Source: an uncultured Acidobacteriota bacterium
Lineage (GTDB): Bacteria; Acidobacteriota; Vicinamibacteria; Vicinamibacterales; CAVVIG01
Length of the DNA: 64,000 bases
Assembly: GCA_963745495.1 (NCBI GenBank)
Contig: CAVUXJ010000007.1
Span: forward strand, 78,239 to 142,238
Reading direction: 5' to 3'
Made by a program: the position numbers and the translations under genes. This document shows, piece after piece, positions 39,557-54,028 of this stretch; within the stretch, counting starts at the first letter, position 1; each line of letters begins with the position of its first letter. The notes under the pieces are model-generated. The model was not told the origin of the DNA and did not search any database. It was given only the letters and a program-made list of their open reading frames with translations.

Positions 39557-42268
39557 ATGAAGCGACGTTTGCGTGTTTTCCTCGTAGGCGGCTTCTTCCT
39601 CCTCGCCATCGTCCTGCCCGCGTCGATCACGTTCTATACGGACTGGCTGTGGTTCGGGGAGATGGGCTACCAGGACGTGTTCGCCAGAACGCTGGCCGCG
39701 CAGGGCACGCTCGGCGCCGCGGCCATGGCGGTGGCCTTCGGTGTCCTGTTCGTCAACCTCCGGATCGCCATGCGGACGGTCTCCCCGCGCCAGATGGTCG
39801 TCCACACGCGCGAAGGACCTCTCGCGATCGCCATCGATCGACGCCGCATGCAGCCTCTCGGGACGGCCGTCGTGGTGGGGCTGGCCGTGCTCTTCGGCCT
39901 GTTTGGATCGGGCCAGTGGCAGGAGTGGCTGCTGTTCCGATACGCCCAGCCCTTCGGCGACGTGGACCCGATTCTCGGCCAGCGACGTGAGCTTCTATGT
40001 CTTCCGGATGCCGTTCCTGGAGCGGCTCAGCGGATATCTGTTCGCGCTGGTCCTGCTCGCGGGCGTCGTCGCCGGCGCGGTCTATGTTCTTGCAGGGGCG
40101 ATCGGCTTCGATCTGAACCGCGGGCCACGGATTGCAGCTCAGGCGAGGCGGCATCTGGCGGCGCTCGCCGCCGCGCTCCTGCTGGTGATGGCGTTCGACG
40201 CATATCTCGACGTGCCCCGGCTGCTCACCGCACCGGGCGGCATCGTCTACGGCGTCGCGAACGTCGATGCGGCCGTCCGAATTCCGGCGCTGCGGGCACT
40301 GATGGTCGTCGCGCTCGCCGGCGCGGCGCTGGCGCTGTACCAGATGACGATCAGCTCGTGGTGGCCGCTCATCGCGGCCGCCGGCCTGTACGTCGCGACG
40401 ATAGCGGCCGGGGTCGGCAGGCGCGGCGGCGATGCAGCGGTTCATCATCGCGCCGAACGAGCAGGTCCGCGAGACACCGTTCATCGAGCACAACATCAAG
40501 GCCACGCGCAAGGCGTTCGCGCTGGAGAACGTCGAGGAGCGGGAGTTGTCGGGCGATGCGCTGCTCACGCGCGCCGATATCGACGCGAACGAGGCCACGC
40601 TCGGCAACGTGCCGCTGTGGGATCACCAGCCGCTGCTGCAAACGTTGGCGCAGATTCAGGAGATCCGCACCTACTACGACTTCGTCTCGGTCCACAACGA
40701 CCGGTACAGGATCGACGGCCGCTATCGGCAGATCATGCTCTCGGCGCGCGAGCTCGACTCCGACACCCTGCCGAACCGCAACTGGATCAACGAACACTGA
40801 CGTTCACGCACGGGTACGGCATCGCGCTGGGACCGGTGAACCAGGTCACGCAAGAGGGCCTGCCGGTGCTGTTCGTCAAGGACATCCCGCCGCAGTCGTC
40901 GGTCGACCTCAAGGTCGAGGAGCCGAGCATCTACTACGGACAGCGTTCGAACGAGTACGTGTTCGTCAAGACGAAGGCTCGGGAGTTCCACTATCCGAAG
41001 GGCGAGGACAACGTCTACGCCACCTACGAGGGCACGCGGCGGCGTGCCGGTCTCGAATTTCTTCAGGCGCCTGCTCTTCAGCATTCGATTCCGGTCGTTG
41101 AAGGTGCTGTTGAGCGAGGACATCACGAACGAGAGCCGGGTGATGTTCCATCGACGGATGTCGCAGCGGATCGCGTTGATTGCGCCGTTCCTGAAGTACG
41201 ACCCGGATCCGTACCTCGTCGATCTCGAGCGGCCGTTTGTTGTGGATGCAGGACGCGTACACGACCACCGGCCGCTATCCGTACTCGACTCCGGCGGTCA
41301 GCGGCATCAATTACATCCGCAACTCCGTGAAGGCGACCGTCGATGCGTATCACGGGACCGTCGCGTTCTACCTGGTCGACCCGACGGATCCGATTGCGCT
41401 GACGCTTGCAGCGCATCTTCCCCACCCTGTTCCGGCCGCTCACCGAGATGCCGGAGGACATGCGCACGCGTCTGCGGTATCCGGAGGGGATCTTCGGGCT
41501 GCAGGCAGGCGATGTATGCGACGTACCACATGACGAATCCGGCGGTCTTCTACAACAAGGAAGACCTGTGGGAAGTTCCGAACACGGGCACCGAGTCTCA
41601 GTCGCAGCTCATGCAGCCGTACTACGCGATGATGCGGCTGCCGGGCGAACAGGCGCCAGAGTTCATCCAGATGCTGCCCTTCACGCCGGCCCGGAAGGAC
41701 AACCTCGCGTCCTGGATGGTCGCCCGCAGCGACGGCGAACATTACGGGCGTCTGCGCGTGTTCCAGTTTCCCAAGCAGAAGGTCGTCTTCGGTCCACGGC
41801 AGATCGTGGCGCGGATCAACCAGGACCAGGCGATCTCTCCGCAGATCACGCTTTGGAATCAGCAGGGCTCCGAGGTGCTGCAGGGCACGCTTGCTCGTCA
41901 TTCCCATCCAGGAATCGCTGATCTACGTGCGCCCGCTCTATCTGCGCTCGGCCGGCGGGCGCATCCCGGAGCTGAAACGCGTGATCGTCGCGCACCAGAA
42001 TCAGATCGTGATGGAAGAAACGCTCGATCAGGCGCTGAATCGCCTGTTCCCGCCGGGGGGACGACCGGCGGAGCCGCCTCCCGATTCGATCGAGGTCCGG
42101 AAGATCGACTCCGGCGCCACCCCCCCTGTCGTGGACAGTTCTCTGGCGGTCCAGGCCCGCGACCTCTATCACCGGGCCACCGTGGCCCAGCGGGAGGGCA
42201 ACTGGACGCTGTACGGAGAGGAACTGCGAAAGCTCGGTGACGTGCTCAATCAGATGGCAAAGCCATAG
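39557..42268 (+). CDS. UPF0182-family large membrane protein (needs >=8 frame changes)
   Basis: Colinear pieces across all three frames: [19 protein letters not shown].. / [13 protein letters not shown].. / [23 protein letters not shown].. / [15 protein letters not shown].. / ..[19 protein letters not shown].. / [19 protein letters not shown].. Confidence 0.8.
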
Positions 42269-42284
42269 GTTCAAGGAGGACTGC

Positions 42285-42680
42285 ATGAAACCAACGATCG
42301 TGGCGGTGGGCATGGCCCTGGCGGTCATCGCCGTCGCGGCTGTCTGCGCGGCGCAGCAGCCCGCTTTCAAGCGGACGGAGATTCAACGGATCGACCTGTC
42401 GACGCCGGGACGCGAGGTCGTCATGGTGGTCGCCGACATTCCGTCGGCCGCGACCTCCGGGCGCCACACGCACCCGGGCGAGGAGGTCGCGTACGTCCTC
42501 GAGGGCGCAATCGTCCTTGACGTGGCAGGTAAGCCCCCCGAGACACTCAAGACGGGCCAGGGCTTTGTCATCCCGGCGGGCGTGCCACATAGCGCGACGA
42601 ACAAGGCGCCCGCGCCGGCGCGAGTGCTCGCGAACTACATCATCGAGAAGGGAAAGCCCATCGCAACGCCTGCGCCCTGA
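42285..42680 (+). CDS. cupin-domain protein (secreted)
   Basis: Internal ATG preceded by AAGGAGGA. Signal peptide, then GRHTHPGEEVAYVLEG...IPAGVPHSATN. Confidence 0.8.
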   Translation: MKPTIVAVGMALAVIAVAAVCAAQQPAFKRTEIQRIDLSTPGREVVMVVADIPSAATSGRHTHPGEEVAYVLEGAIVLDVAGKPPETLKTGQGFVIPAGVPHSATNKAPAPARVLANYIIEKGKPIATPAP

Positions 42681-42894
42681 CGTCCGTCTCACCGCGGCCG
42701 CCATGGGCCATTTCGGCTCGCAGCCGTCAGGCCGCACAGCAATCTCTTCAAGCATTCGTCGTTTATTCGCTCTATGCAAAAGACGCTTGGGGACCGAAAA
42801 CCCTGTGTGGTAGAGTTTTGTCGCTCCCTGGACGCAGTTCTGTTACGTCCTAATCCCCCTGATCGACTGTAGTAGGCGCGTTTCTAAAGAAACT

Positions 42895-43812
42895 ATGCTC
42901 TCACGGCGCTACACCGTGGTGATCGCTGACCGCTCGACCGGCGTCGTGCGCCGGCTGACTGTCGGGCTCCGGGCGACGATCTTGTGCGTCACCGGCGTGC
43001 TGGCGTTGCCGGTGCTCATCGGTTTGGGCGCCAAGTGGAGCGCGGAGGCCGAAATCAGCCAGCTTCGCGCGACCTCGTCCGCACTGCGGGTGGAAAACGG
43101 CAACTACCGCGAGACGACCGGCGAGCTGACGACCCAGATTCAGTCCCTCGAGTCTGTCATCGACGACCTCGGCGCGCGCGCGGCGCTCGATCCGGCCCAG
43201 GCCCGCGCCATGCAGCGACTGCCGGCGGTCATGAAGGCCCGCGCGCTGGGTGGGGAAATGCAGACGAGCGCCGCGATCTCGAACATCTTGTCCTCCTCTT
43301 TCGCGTCGCCGGAAGACACCTTCGGCGTGCTCAAGAGTCTCCTGCAGGGCCTCGAAAACAGGCTCAGCTCCGTACGTCGCAACGTCGAACGCCAGGAAGC
43401 GCTGGCCGCGGCCACACCGTCGATCTGGCCGACGTTCGGATGGCTCACGGGAACCTTTGGCGGCCGGCCCGATCCGTTCACCGGCGAGCCGGCGTTCCAT
43501 CAGGGCCTCGATATCTCGACCGAGAAAGGCCGCGAGGTGTACGCCACGGCGAACGGGACGGTTGAATCCGCGCAGTACACCGGCGACTACGGCAACTTCA
43601 TCGTCGTGCGTCACGACTTCGGGCTGGCCACACGCTACGGCCACTTGAGCCGTTTCAGCGTGAAGCCGGGCGCATCGGTGCAGCGCGGCGATGTCATTGG
43701 ATATGTGGGATCGACGGGCCGCTCGACTGGCGCCCACCTGCACTACGAGATTCTCGCGAACGGCAAGCTGATTAATCCCCTTCGGCTCCTCACGCAACCC
43801 TCCAAACGCTAG
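42895..43812 (+). CDS. M23-family metallopeptidase
   Basis: ORF track, 305 aa with an N-terminal TM and coiled coil. FHQGLDI and GSTGRSTGAHLHYEI. Confidence 0.85.
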   Translation: MLSRRYTVVIADRSTGVVRRLTVGLRATILCVTGVLALPVLIGLGAKWSAEAEISQLRATSSALRVENGNYRETTGELTTQIQSLESVIDDLGARAALDPAQARAMQRLPAVMKARALGGEMQTSAAISNILSSSFASPEDTFGVLKSLLQGLENRLSSVRRNVERQEALAAATPSIWPTFGWLTGTFGGRPDPFTGEPAFHQGLDISTEKGREVYATANGTVESAQYTGDYGNFIVVRHDFGLATRYGHLSRFSVKPGASVQRGDVIGYVGSTGRSTGAHLHYEILANGKLINPLRLLTQPSKR

Positions 43813-43859
43813 CCGAAGCGGCCGGTCCGGCTGCCGCCCTCGCGCGCGAAGCGCGCTTC

Positions 43860-44075
43860 GGCGACTGCTTCAACTTTGTGGCCCTCTGCGTGCGGTCACA
43901 TGAGTGGAAGGAGTTGGAGATCGTCGTGCTGCGGCCCGAACTGGCCATCCTGCGGCGCCAGACCTTCCGCCCTGCGTAGCAGTCCTTGACCGGCTCCTGC
44001 CAGCGGGCATCTGCCCCGCGCGCGCCGCGAGGGCGGCGGCGTTCGAGTTGCGGGATATTCCCCACCAAAGGGGGG
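43860..44075 (+). mobile_element. IS-transposase N-terminal fragment (remnant)
   Basis: Hand translation ..SHEWKELEIVVLRPELAILRRQTFRPA*, continuing one frame over as ..VAVLDRLLPAGICPARAARAAAFELRDIP. This is the (E)LEI(L)VLR..LA(V)LRRQ..RP...DR.LL pattern of IS3/IS481-type transposase N-termini. No catalytic domain follows. Confidence 0.35.
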
Positions 44076-44212
44076 ATTCCCCCGCTCGGCCGATGGCGGT
44101 CGGCTCTAGCGGGCCGGAATCGTTATCCCTGGCATGCTCGTCCGGCGGCATTCTTTTTGCCTTTCGCCCGGGTGGCTCCATTCCGTCTTCCGGATGCCGA
44201 CCGACTCTCATC

Positions 44213-45689
44213 ATGCCCACACCTTCGAACGCTCAGCCAAAGAAGAAGCTCGCTCTCGTCGTCCTCGCTCTGACGATCATCTCGACGACCCGCGCTGCCG
44301 CTGCGCAGGAGAGCATTCAGCCCGAGAACTGGGACGCGGGGTTGAAACTGGCGGAGGCGACGGACCTGAACCCCGACCCGCGAATCGTTGAGATCAACCT
44401 GGAAGCGCGCGTCGCGCCGGTCACGATCCTGCCAGGCAAGCCGCTCGACGCGTGGACGTACAACGGCGGCGTCCCCGGTCCCTTGATACGCATGACGGTG
44501 GGTGATCGCCTGATCGTGCATTTTTCGAACAACCTGCCGCAACCGACCACCGTGCACTGGCACGGCGTCCGCGTGCCGAATCGGATGGACGGCGTGCCAG
44601 GGCATTCGCAGCCAGACGTGAAGCCCGGTGAGTCCTTCACGTACGACTTCGTCGTGCCTGACGCCGGCCTGTTCTGGTATCACCCGCACGTCATGTCGGC
44701 GGCGCAGGTCGGGTTCGGCTTGTACGGCGCGCTGCTCGTGGAGGATCCGGCGGATCACGTCGGGACGTCCGATCAGCTCGTGCTGGTGCTGAGCGACATC
44801 GAAATCCGCGATGACGGGACGCTCGAGTCGCCGGATACCGGAGCCTCGACGGGGATGGCGTTCGGTCGGGAAGGCAACCACGTGCTCGTGAACGGCCGCA
44901 AAGAGGGCCGCCTGGTTGCGCGCCCTGGCGCGCCTCAGCGCTGGCGCATCGTGAACGCCGCGAAGAGCCGCTACTTTCAGCTCGATCTCGATGGTCAGCC
45001 GTTCAGGGTGATCGGGGTCGACGGAGGTCTGCTCGAGCACCCGATTGAACAACGAGCTCCTCGTGCTCGCGCCGGGCGAGCGCGCCGACGTCATCGTCGC
45101 GCCGCAGGGTGCCGCCGGCGAACGTCTCGTGGTCTTTTCGCAGCTCTACAACCGCGGGTACGGCAGCGTGGAGTCGCGGATGCCCTTCGAAGAGCTGTTC
45201 TCGATCACGATGGCGGGGCTTCCGGCGTACACGGGCGATCCGCTGCCCGAAACGCGACGGGAGATCGAGCCGTTGAGCACGTCGGGCGCCACACCGGTCG
45301 CCGTTGCATTCACGCTCACGCAGCTGCGCGACGGCTCGTTCGAGTACCGGATCAACGGCGAGCCGTTCGCGAAGGACAAACCGATCCGCGCGGCGGTGGG
45401 CGAAACACAGGTCTGGACGGTCACCAATACGACCAAGTGGTCACATCCGTTCCACCTGCACGGCTTCTTCTTCCAAGCACTCGACGAAAGCGGCGCTCCC
45501 GTCCGGCCACTCGCCTGGAAGGACACGATGGACGTCCCTTTCGAGCAGACCGCCCGGTTCGTCGTGCGCTTCGACAACCGGCCTGGCAACTGGATGTATC
45601 ACTGCCACGTGCTCGACCACGCCGACGGCGGCCTGATGGGCCACGTGATCGTCGGATCCGGTGAGGCGATTCATCACCCAGCGCCGTAG
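44213..45689 (+). CDS. multicopper oxidase (one frame change near 45.05 kb)
   Basis: Start at MPTPSNAQPKKKLALVVLAL.. within ORF 43904..45664. Copper sites: TVHWHG, FWYHPH, SHPFHLHG and MYHCHVLDHADGGLMG (the last in ORF 45045..45689). Confidence 0.8.
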
Positions 45690-45698
45690 CCAGTCAGC

Positions 45699-45884
45699 CT
45701 GGCGCGCGATCAGCATCCGCATCTCAGCGTCCTCGTCTTTGAGCAGCTCACCCGACACGTCCATCGTCACGTTGTGAATCGTCCCCGTGAACCGAAACGG
45801 CGCGCGGTAGTCGTGGGTCACGGCTTCGCCGAAGTCGTAGCCGCAGCTCAGCCCCTCGATGCCGAAGATCAACGGCACCGTCAT
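45699..45884 (-). pseudogene. sulfatase C-terminal fragment (remnant)
   Basis: The first ~62 aa of ORF 45441..45884 (..GLSCGYDFGEAVTHDYRAPFRFTGTIHNVTMDVSGELL..) resemble only the extreme C-terminus of arylsulfatases. The rest of the ORF is antisense to the oxidase gene. Confidence 0.3.
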
Positions 45885-46004
45885 CTCGAACTCCCTGAGA
45901 TGCGGATGCTGATGGCGCGCCAGTAGCGAGAAAGCAGGAGTGGCCGCTGCTCCATGCGCAGGCGGGTCAGATCACCACTGCCCTCAGTGTGGCAGAGTAA
46001 CGAG

Positions 46005-47306
46005 ATGACGGTTCAGGCGGCAAAGCCCGCCGCAACGAGTCCCTTTCAGGAATTCTTTCGAACCGAGGCTGCGACCGGGGCGCTGCTCGTCTTGTGCGCT
46101 GCGATCGCGCTCATGATCGCCAACTCGCCGTGGGGCTCCGCCTACCATCGCGTGTGGGAGACGCCTATCGCGCTGGTCGCCGGAGGGCGGACCCTGTCGT
46201 TCACCCTGCATGGATGGATCAACGATGGGCTGATGGCGATGTTCTTTCTTCTCGTCGGACTGGAGATCAAACACCAGGCGGTGGCCGGTGAACTGGCAAC
46301 TCCGCGCCAGGCGGCGCTGCCGATCGCGGCAGCGGTCGGCGGCATGATTGTCCCCGCGGCCATCTACGTTCTCACGAACGGCGGAGGCCAGACGGCCCGC
46401 GGATGGGCGATTCCCATGGCCACGGACATCGCCTTCGCCCTCGGCGTGCTGGCGCTCGTCGCGCCTCGCGCGCCGAGCGGACTCAAGGTCTTTCTGGCGG
46501 CGCTTGCCATCGTGGACGATATGGGGGCCGTGCTGGTGATTGCGCTCTTCTATACGGGCGCCATCGCGTGGAGCGCATTGGGGATCGCCGGCCTCTTTCT
46601 TCTGGCGCTCATCGCCCTGAACGTGCTCGGCTTCACGCGCCTGGCGCCTTATCTGGTGCTCGGTCTTGGGCTCTGGCTGTTCGTCCACGCGTCGGGCGTG
46701 CACGCCACGATCGCCGGCGTGTTGGTCGCCTTGACGATTCCGACGAGGACGCCCATCAACGCGCCGCATTTCTCTGCGAAGGCTCATGACCTGCTCGACG
46801 ATTTCGACCGCACTGAGACGGGCGACTTCCTGGTCATGACGAGCCGGGGTCAGCAGGAAGCGATCTTCGGGCTGGCGCGCGCCAGCAGACAGGTGACGGC
46901 GCCGCTGCTTCGCCTGGAACATGCGCTTCACGGATTTTCGGCTTTCGTCGTCATGCCGCTCTTTGCGTTCTCGAACGCCGGGGTTGACCTCAGTGGGTCG
47001 TCCGCCTCCAGTGTGACGCTCGCCGTGGTTCTGGGACTTCTGGTGGGAAAACCTCTCGGGATTACGGCCGCCGCGCTCGCGGCTGTCAGATTGCGAGTCG
47101 CGGCATTGCCAGAGGGCGTCAGTTGGACGGCGCTCCACGGATGCGCCTGGCTGGCTGGCATTGGGTTCACGATGTCGTTGTTCATCGCAGCGCTGGCATT
47201 CGAAGACTCGCAGGCGCTCGACTCGGCCAAGATCGGGATTCTGGGCGGGTCGCTGCTGGCCGGCGTGGTGGGGGCGTTCGTCGTGCGAGCCGGCACGCGT
47301 TCCTGA
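46005..47306 (+). CDS. nhaA: Na+/H+ antiporter NhaA
   Basis: Internal ATG (MTVQAAK) of ORF 45954..47306. FFRTEAATGALLV..; INDGLMAMFFLLVGLEIK; PMATDIAFALGVLAL; AIVDDMGAVLVIALFY. Confidence 0.9.
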   Translation: MTVQAAKPAATSPFQEFFRTEAATGALLVLCAAIALMIANSPWGSAYHRVWETPIALVAGGRTLSFTLHGWINDGLMAMFFLLVGLEIKHQAVAGELATPRQAALPIAAAVGGMIVPAAIYVLTNGGGQTARGWAIPMATDIAFALGVLALVAPRAPSGLKVFLAALAIVDDMGAVLVIALFYTGAIAWSALGIAGLFLLALIALNVLGFTRLAPYLVLGLGLWLFVHASGVHATIAGVLVALTIPTRTPINAPHFSAKAHDLLDDFDRTETGDFLVMTSRGQQEAIFGLARASRQVTAPLLRLEHALHGFSAFVVMPLFAFSNAGVDLSGSSASSVTLAVVLGLLVGKPLGITAAALAAVRLRVAALPEGVSWTALHGCAWLAGIGFTMSLFIAALAFEDSQALDSAKIGILGGSLLAGVVGAFVVRAGTRS

Positions 47307-47351
47307 AGAGCAAGAGGCCGCCTCGAGGTTGGACGATGGCGGACCACAGGT

Positions 47352-48386
47352 TCAAAACACGATCGTCCATCCCGGATGGCGTGCCTGCTCCTTCGTGTAC
47401 GACACGCCATGCACCTTGAGTCCTCTCTCATCCACCAGCGTGATGACGCCGCCCTTGTTTGATAGAGCCAACGGCTGGCTGACGCGCACGACGCGAGTGG
47501 CACCCGCGCTCAGCACCTCCGAGAGGGGCAGTCGCTTCTTCTGCGTATCGAGCAGCGCCCATCCCGACAGGTTGACGTCGTGTGGGGCAGTGTTCAGCAG
47601 CGTGACAACCTCGACCTCCGGTGACTGTGTCGGATTGACGAGTGCTGCCACGATACGTATGAGACCATCCGGATCGTCGGAGGTGGGTGGACCCGGGGGC
47701 TGCGGTGGACCAGGGGGTGGGGGAGGCACCGGCCCGGTGACGGAATGTCCGGTCTTGTCGTCGGTGTGCCAACTTTGCGACTGGAACTTCAGGAAGATAG
47801 CGGTCCATTCCTGCTGGTCCGGGAAGTGCACCAGGACGCCGCCATCCTGAAACACTCCGTCATCGGCGGCAAACCGGGCGGCATTGCCCTGGTTCATGTG
47901 GATATCGTGAATGCCGTTGCCCGGCAGGAAACCGAAGTATTTGTCCTTCGTGCCCGGCTCCGGTCCCCAGCGCTCACCGAAGGCGTACACCAGGGCGTCC
48001 TCGTCGGCAACCGCGCGCTGCATCACGTGATCGAGCTTCTCGTTGAGGTCGTTGTCGAAGCCAGGGACACTGAAGGGCAGCGGCCGCATCTTCGCGCGGT
48101 CGAAGAGATTGCCTCTGATGAAGTCGAGTGCTCCTGAGCCAGGCTTTCGCTCGAGCGCGGTGAAGCCTTTCGGGAGCCGCTCGACAATCGGCGTGATCGG
48201 ATGCTGAAAGTGCTCAATGACCATGAATTCGACATCGGAGGGGGGCAGCTGCGACTTTACGTTGACCGCAATCCGGTAGTCGGTCGTGTCGTCAACGATG
48301 CGCACCTGGTAGTGAGGGCTCTGCCCCGCGCCTAACCGGACCTCGATTGCCTTCCCCTTCAACACACCGTAAGAGCGGAGCGCCAC
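47352..48386 (-). CDS. DUF2278 (YukJ-like) domain - polyproline linker - lamin-tail-domain (LTD) fusion protein
   Basis: GTG start preceded by GGGGAGGGG. (M)ALRSYGVLKGKAIEVRLGAGQSPHYQVRIVDDTTDYRIAVNVKS is YukJ-like. Linker GPVPPPPPGPPQPPGPP. C-terminus IVAALVNPTQSPEVEVVTLLNTAPHDVNLSGWALLD...LSNKGGVITLVDERGLKVHGVSY is LTD-like. Confidence 0.7.
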   Translation of the reverse strand: MALRSYGVLKGKAIEVRLGAGQSPHYQVRIVDDTTDYRIAVNVKSQLPPSDVEFMVIEHFQHPITPIVERLPKGFTALERKPGSGALDFIRGNLFDRAKMRPLPFSVPGFDNDLNEKLDHVMQRAVADEDALVYAFGERWGPEPGTKDKYFGFLPGNGIHDIHMNQGNAARFAADDGVFQDGGVLVHFPDQQEWTAIFLKFQSQSWHTDDKTGHSVTGPVPPPPPGPPQPPGPPTSDDPDGLIRIVAALVNPTQSPEVEVVTLLNTAPHDVNLSGWALLDTQKKRLPLSEVLSAGATRVVRVSQPLALSNKGGVITLVDERGLKVHGVSYTKEQARHPGWTIVF

Positions 48387-48749
48387 TAACCCCTCCCCGT
48401 GTTGGCGCCGGACGTCTGGGTGTCCTTGGCGGCCGGTGACAACGATCATCCAACGCTGCCTACGAACCACCGACATTACACGCAAGCTGACTATCGCTCA
48501 AGCCCAATCCTTGAAGAACCGGCAGGGTAAGTCATCAGAGTGACCAGCCGAGGGGTGTGGTCCGCAATAAGTCTGTCCCGCGTCATCCGGATCCGGTCAC
48601 ATTGCCGGGGCCGACCAGTACGCACGTCAGCCCGACCGTCCGACCAAGTGCCGGGCACCATCGCGTGCCGGGCCCAGAGGCCATGCGTGGCCGCAACCGC
48701 TGCCGTCTGCTACAATCGGGGGATATCCAAGGCCGCTTCCACGCAGTAG

Positions 48750-51695
<2,946 letters not shown>

Positions 51696-51704
51696 GGACG
51701 TGCT

Positions 51705-53330
<1,626 letters not shown>

Positions 53331-53430
53331 GTCTCAAGTCTGAAGTCTGAAGTCTCAAGACACACCTGGAATTGCAGGACTTCGAAGACTTGTCAGACTT
53401 ATCGAGACTTGAGACTTCAGAGTTGAGACT
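53331..53430. repeat. GAGACTT/AAGTCTC-word inverted repeat filling the whole guaB/tsaE convergent spacer
   Basis: GTCTCAAGTCTGAAGTCTGAAGTCTCAAGAC ... GAGACTTGAGACTTCAGAGTTGAGAC. The arms are complementary in several registers. Confidence 0.55.
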
Positions 53431-53868
53431 TTATTCGATGCGCAGCGTGCGGGTGCTGTCTTCACCGAGCTCGATGTGCACGGCGATTGCCTGGCCGAAC
53501 GGGCGCGGCAGGCGATCGGGCCACTCGATCGCCGTGACGCCCTCCTCCGTCAGCTCGTCCAGGCCGAGGTCGTCGACCTCGCTCGGCTGCAGCCGGTACA
53601 AGTCGACGTGATACAGCGTCAGGCGCCCGCCCCGATACTCTTGAACCAGCGTGAAGGTCGGGCTGCTGACCTCGCCGGGGTCGATGCCGAGGCCGGCGGC
53701 CAGCCCGCGGACGAACGCGGTCTTCCCGGCGCCAAGATCGCCGGAGAGCAGCACGACGGCGCCGGGCCGCAGCGCAGCCGCGAGCTCGCGGCCCGCTGCC
53801 ACCGTTTCTGCTTCGGAGTGGGTGATGATGTCCACGGTCACGGTCCGGCTGGCAGCTGTAGCCGGCAA
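53431..53868 (-). CDS. tsaE: tRNA t6A37 biosynthesis ATPase TsaE (YjeE)
   Basis: ORF track, 145 aa. LSGDLGAGKTAFVRGLA, SPTFTLVQEY and YHVDLYRL. Confidence 0.85.
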   Translation of the reverse strand: MPATAASRTVTVDIITHSEAETVAAGRELAAALRPGAVVLLSGDLGAGKTAFVRGLAAGLGIDPGEVSSPTFTLVQEYRGGRLTLYHVDLYRLQPSEVDDLGLDELTEEGVTAIEWPDRLPRPFGQAIAVHIELGEDSTRTLRIE

Positions 53869-53904
53869 CCTCGGGGTTAGACATGGAAACGTGACGTCTC
53901 ACAT

Positions 53905-54006
53905 CAGGCTGTCAGCCTGCTGAAGCCGGGCACTACGTACGACAAGGCGCTCAGCCGTCAGCTGCTCTCAGCTGAAAGCCGCTTGAAGCTGATGGCTGAT
54001 AGCTCC
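53905..54006. repeat. CAGC(T)-word low-complexity spacer
   Basis: CAGGCTGTCAGCCTGCTGAAGCC ... TCAGCCGTCAGCTGCTCTCAGCTGAAAGCCGCTTGAAGCTGATGGCTGATAGCTCC. Confidence 0.55.
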
Positions 54007-54028
54007 TACGCTGTACGTTAGCCGAACG

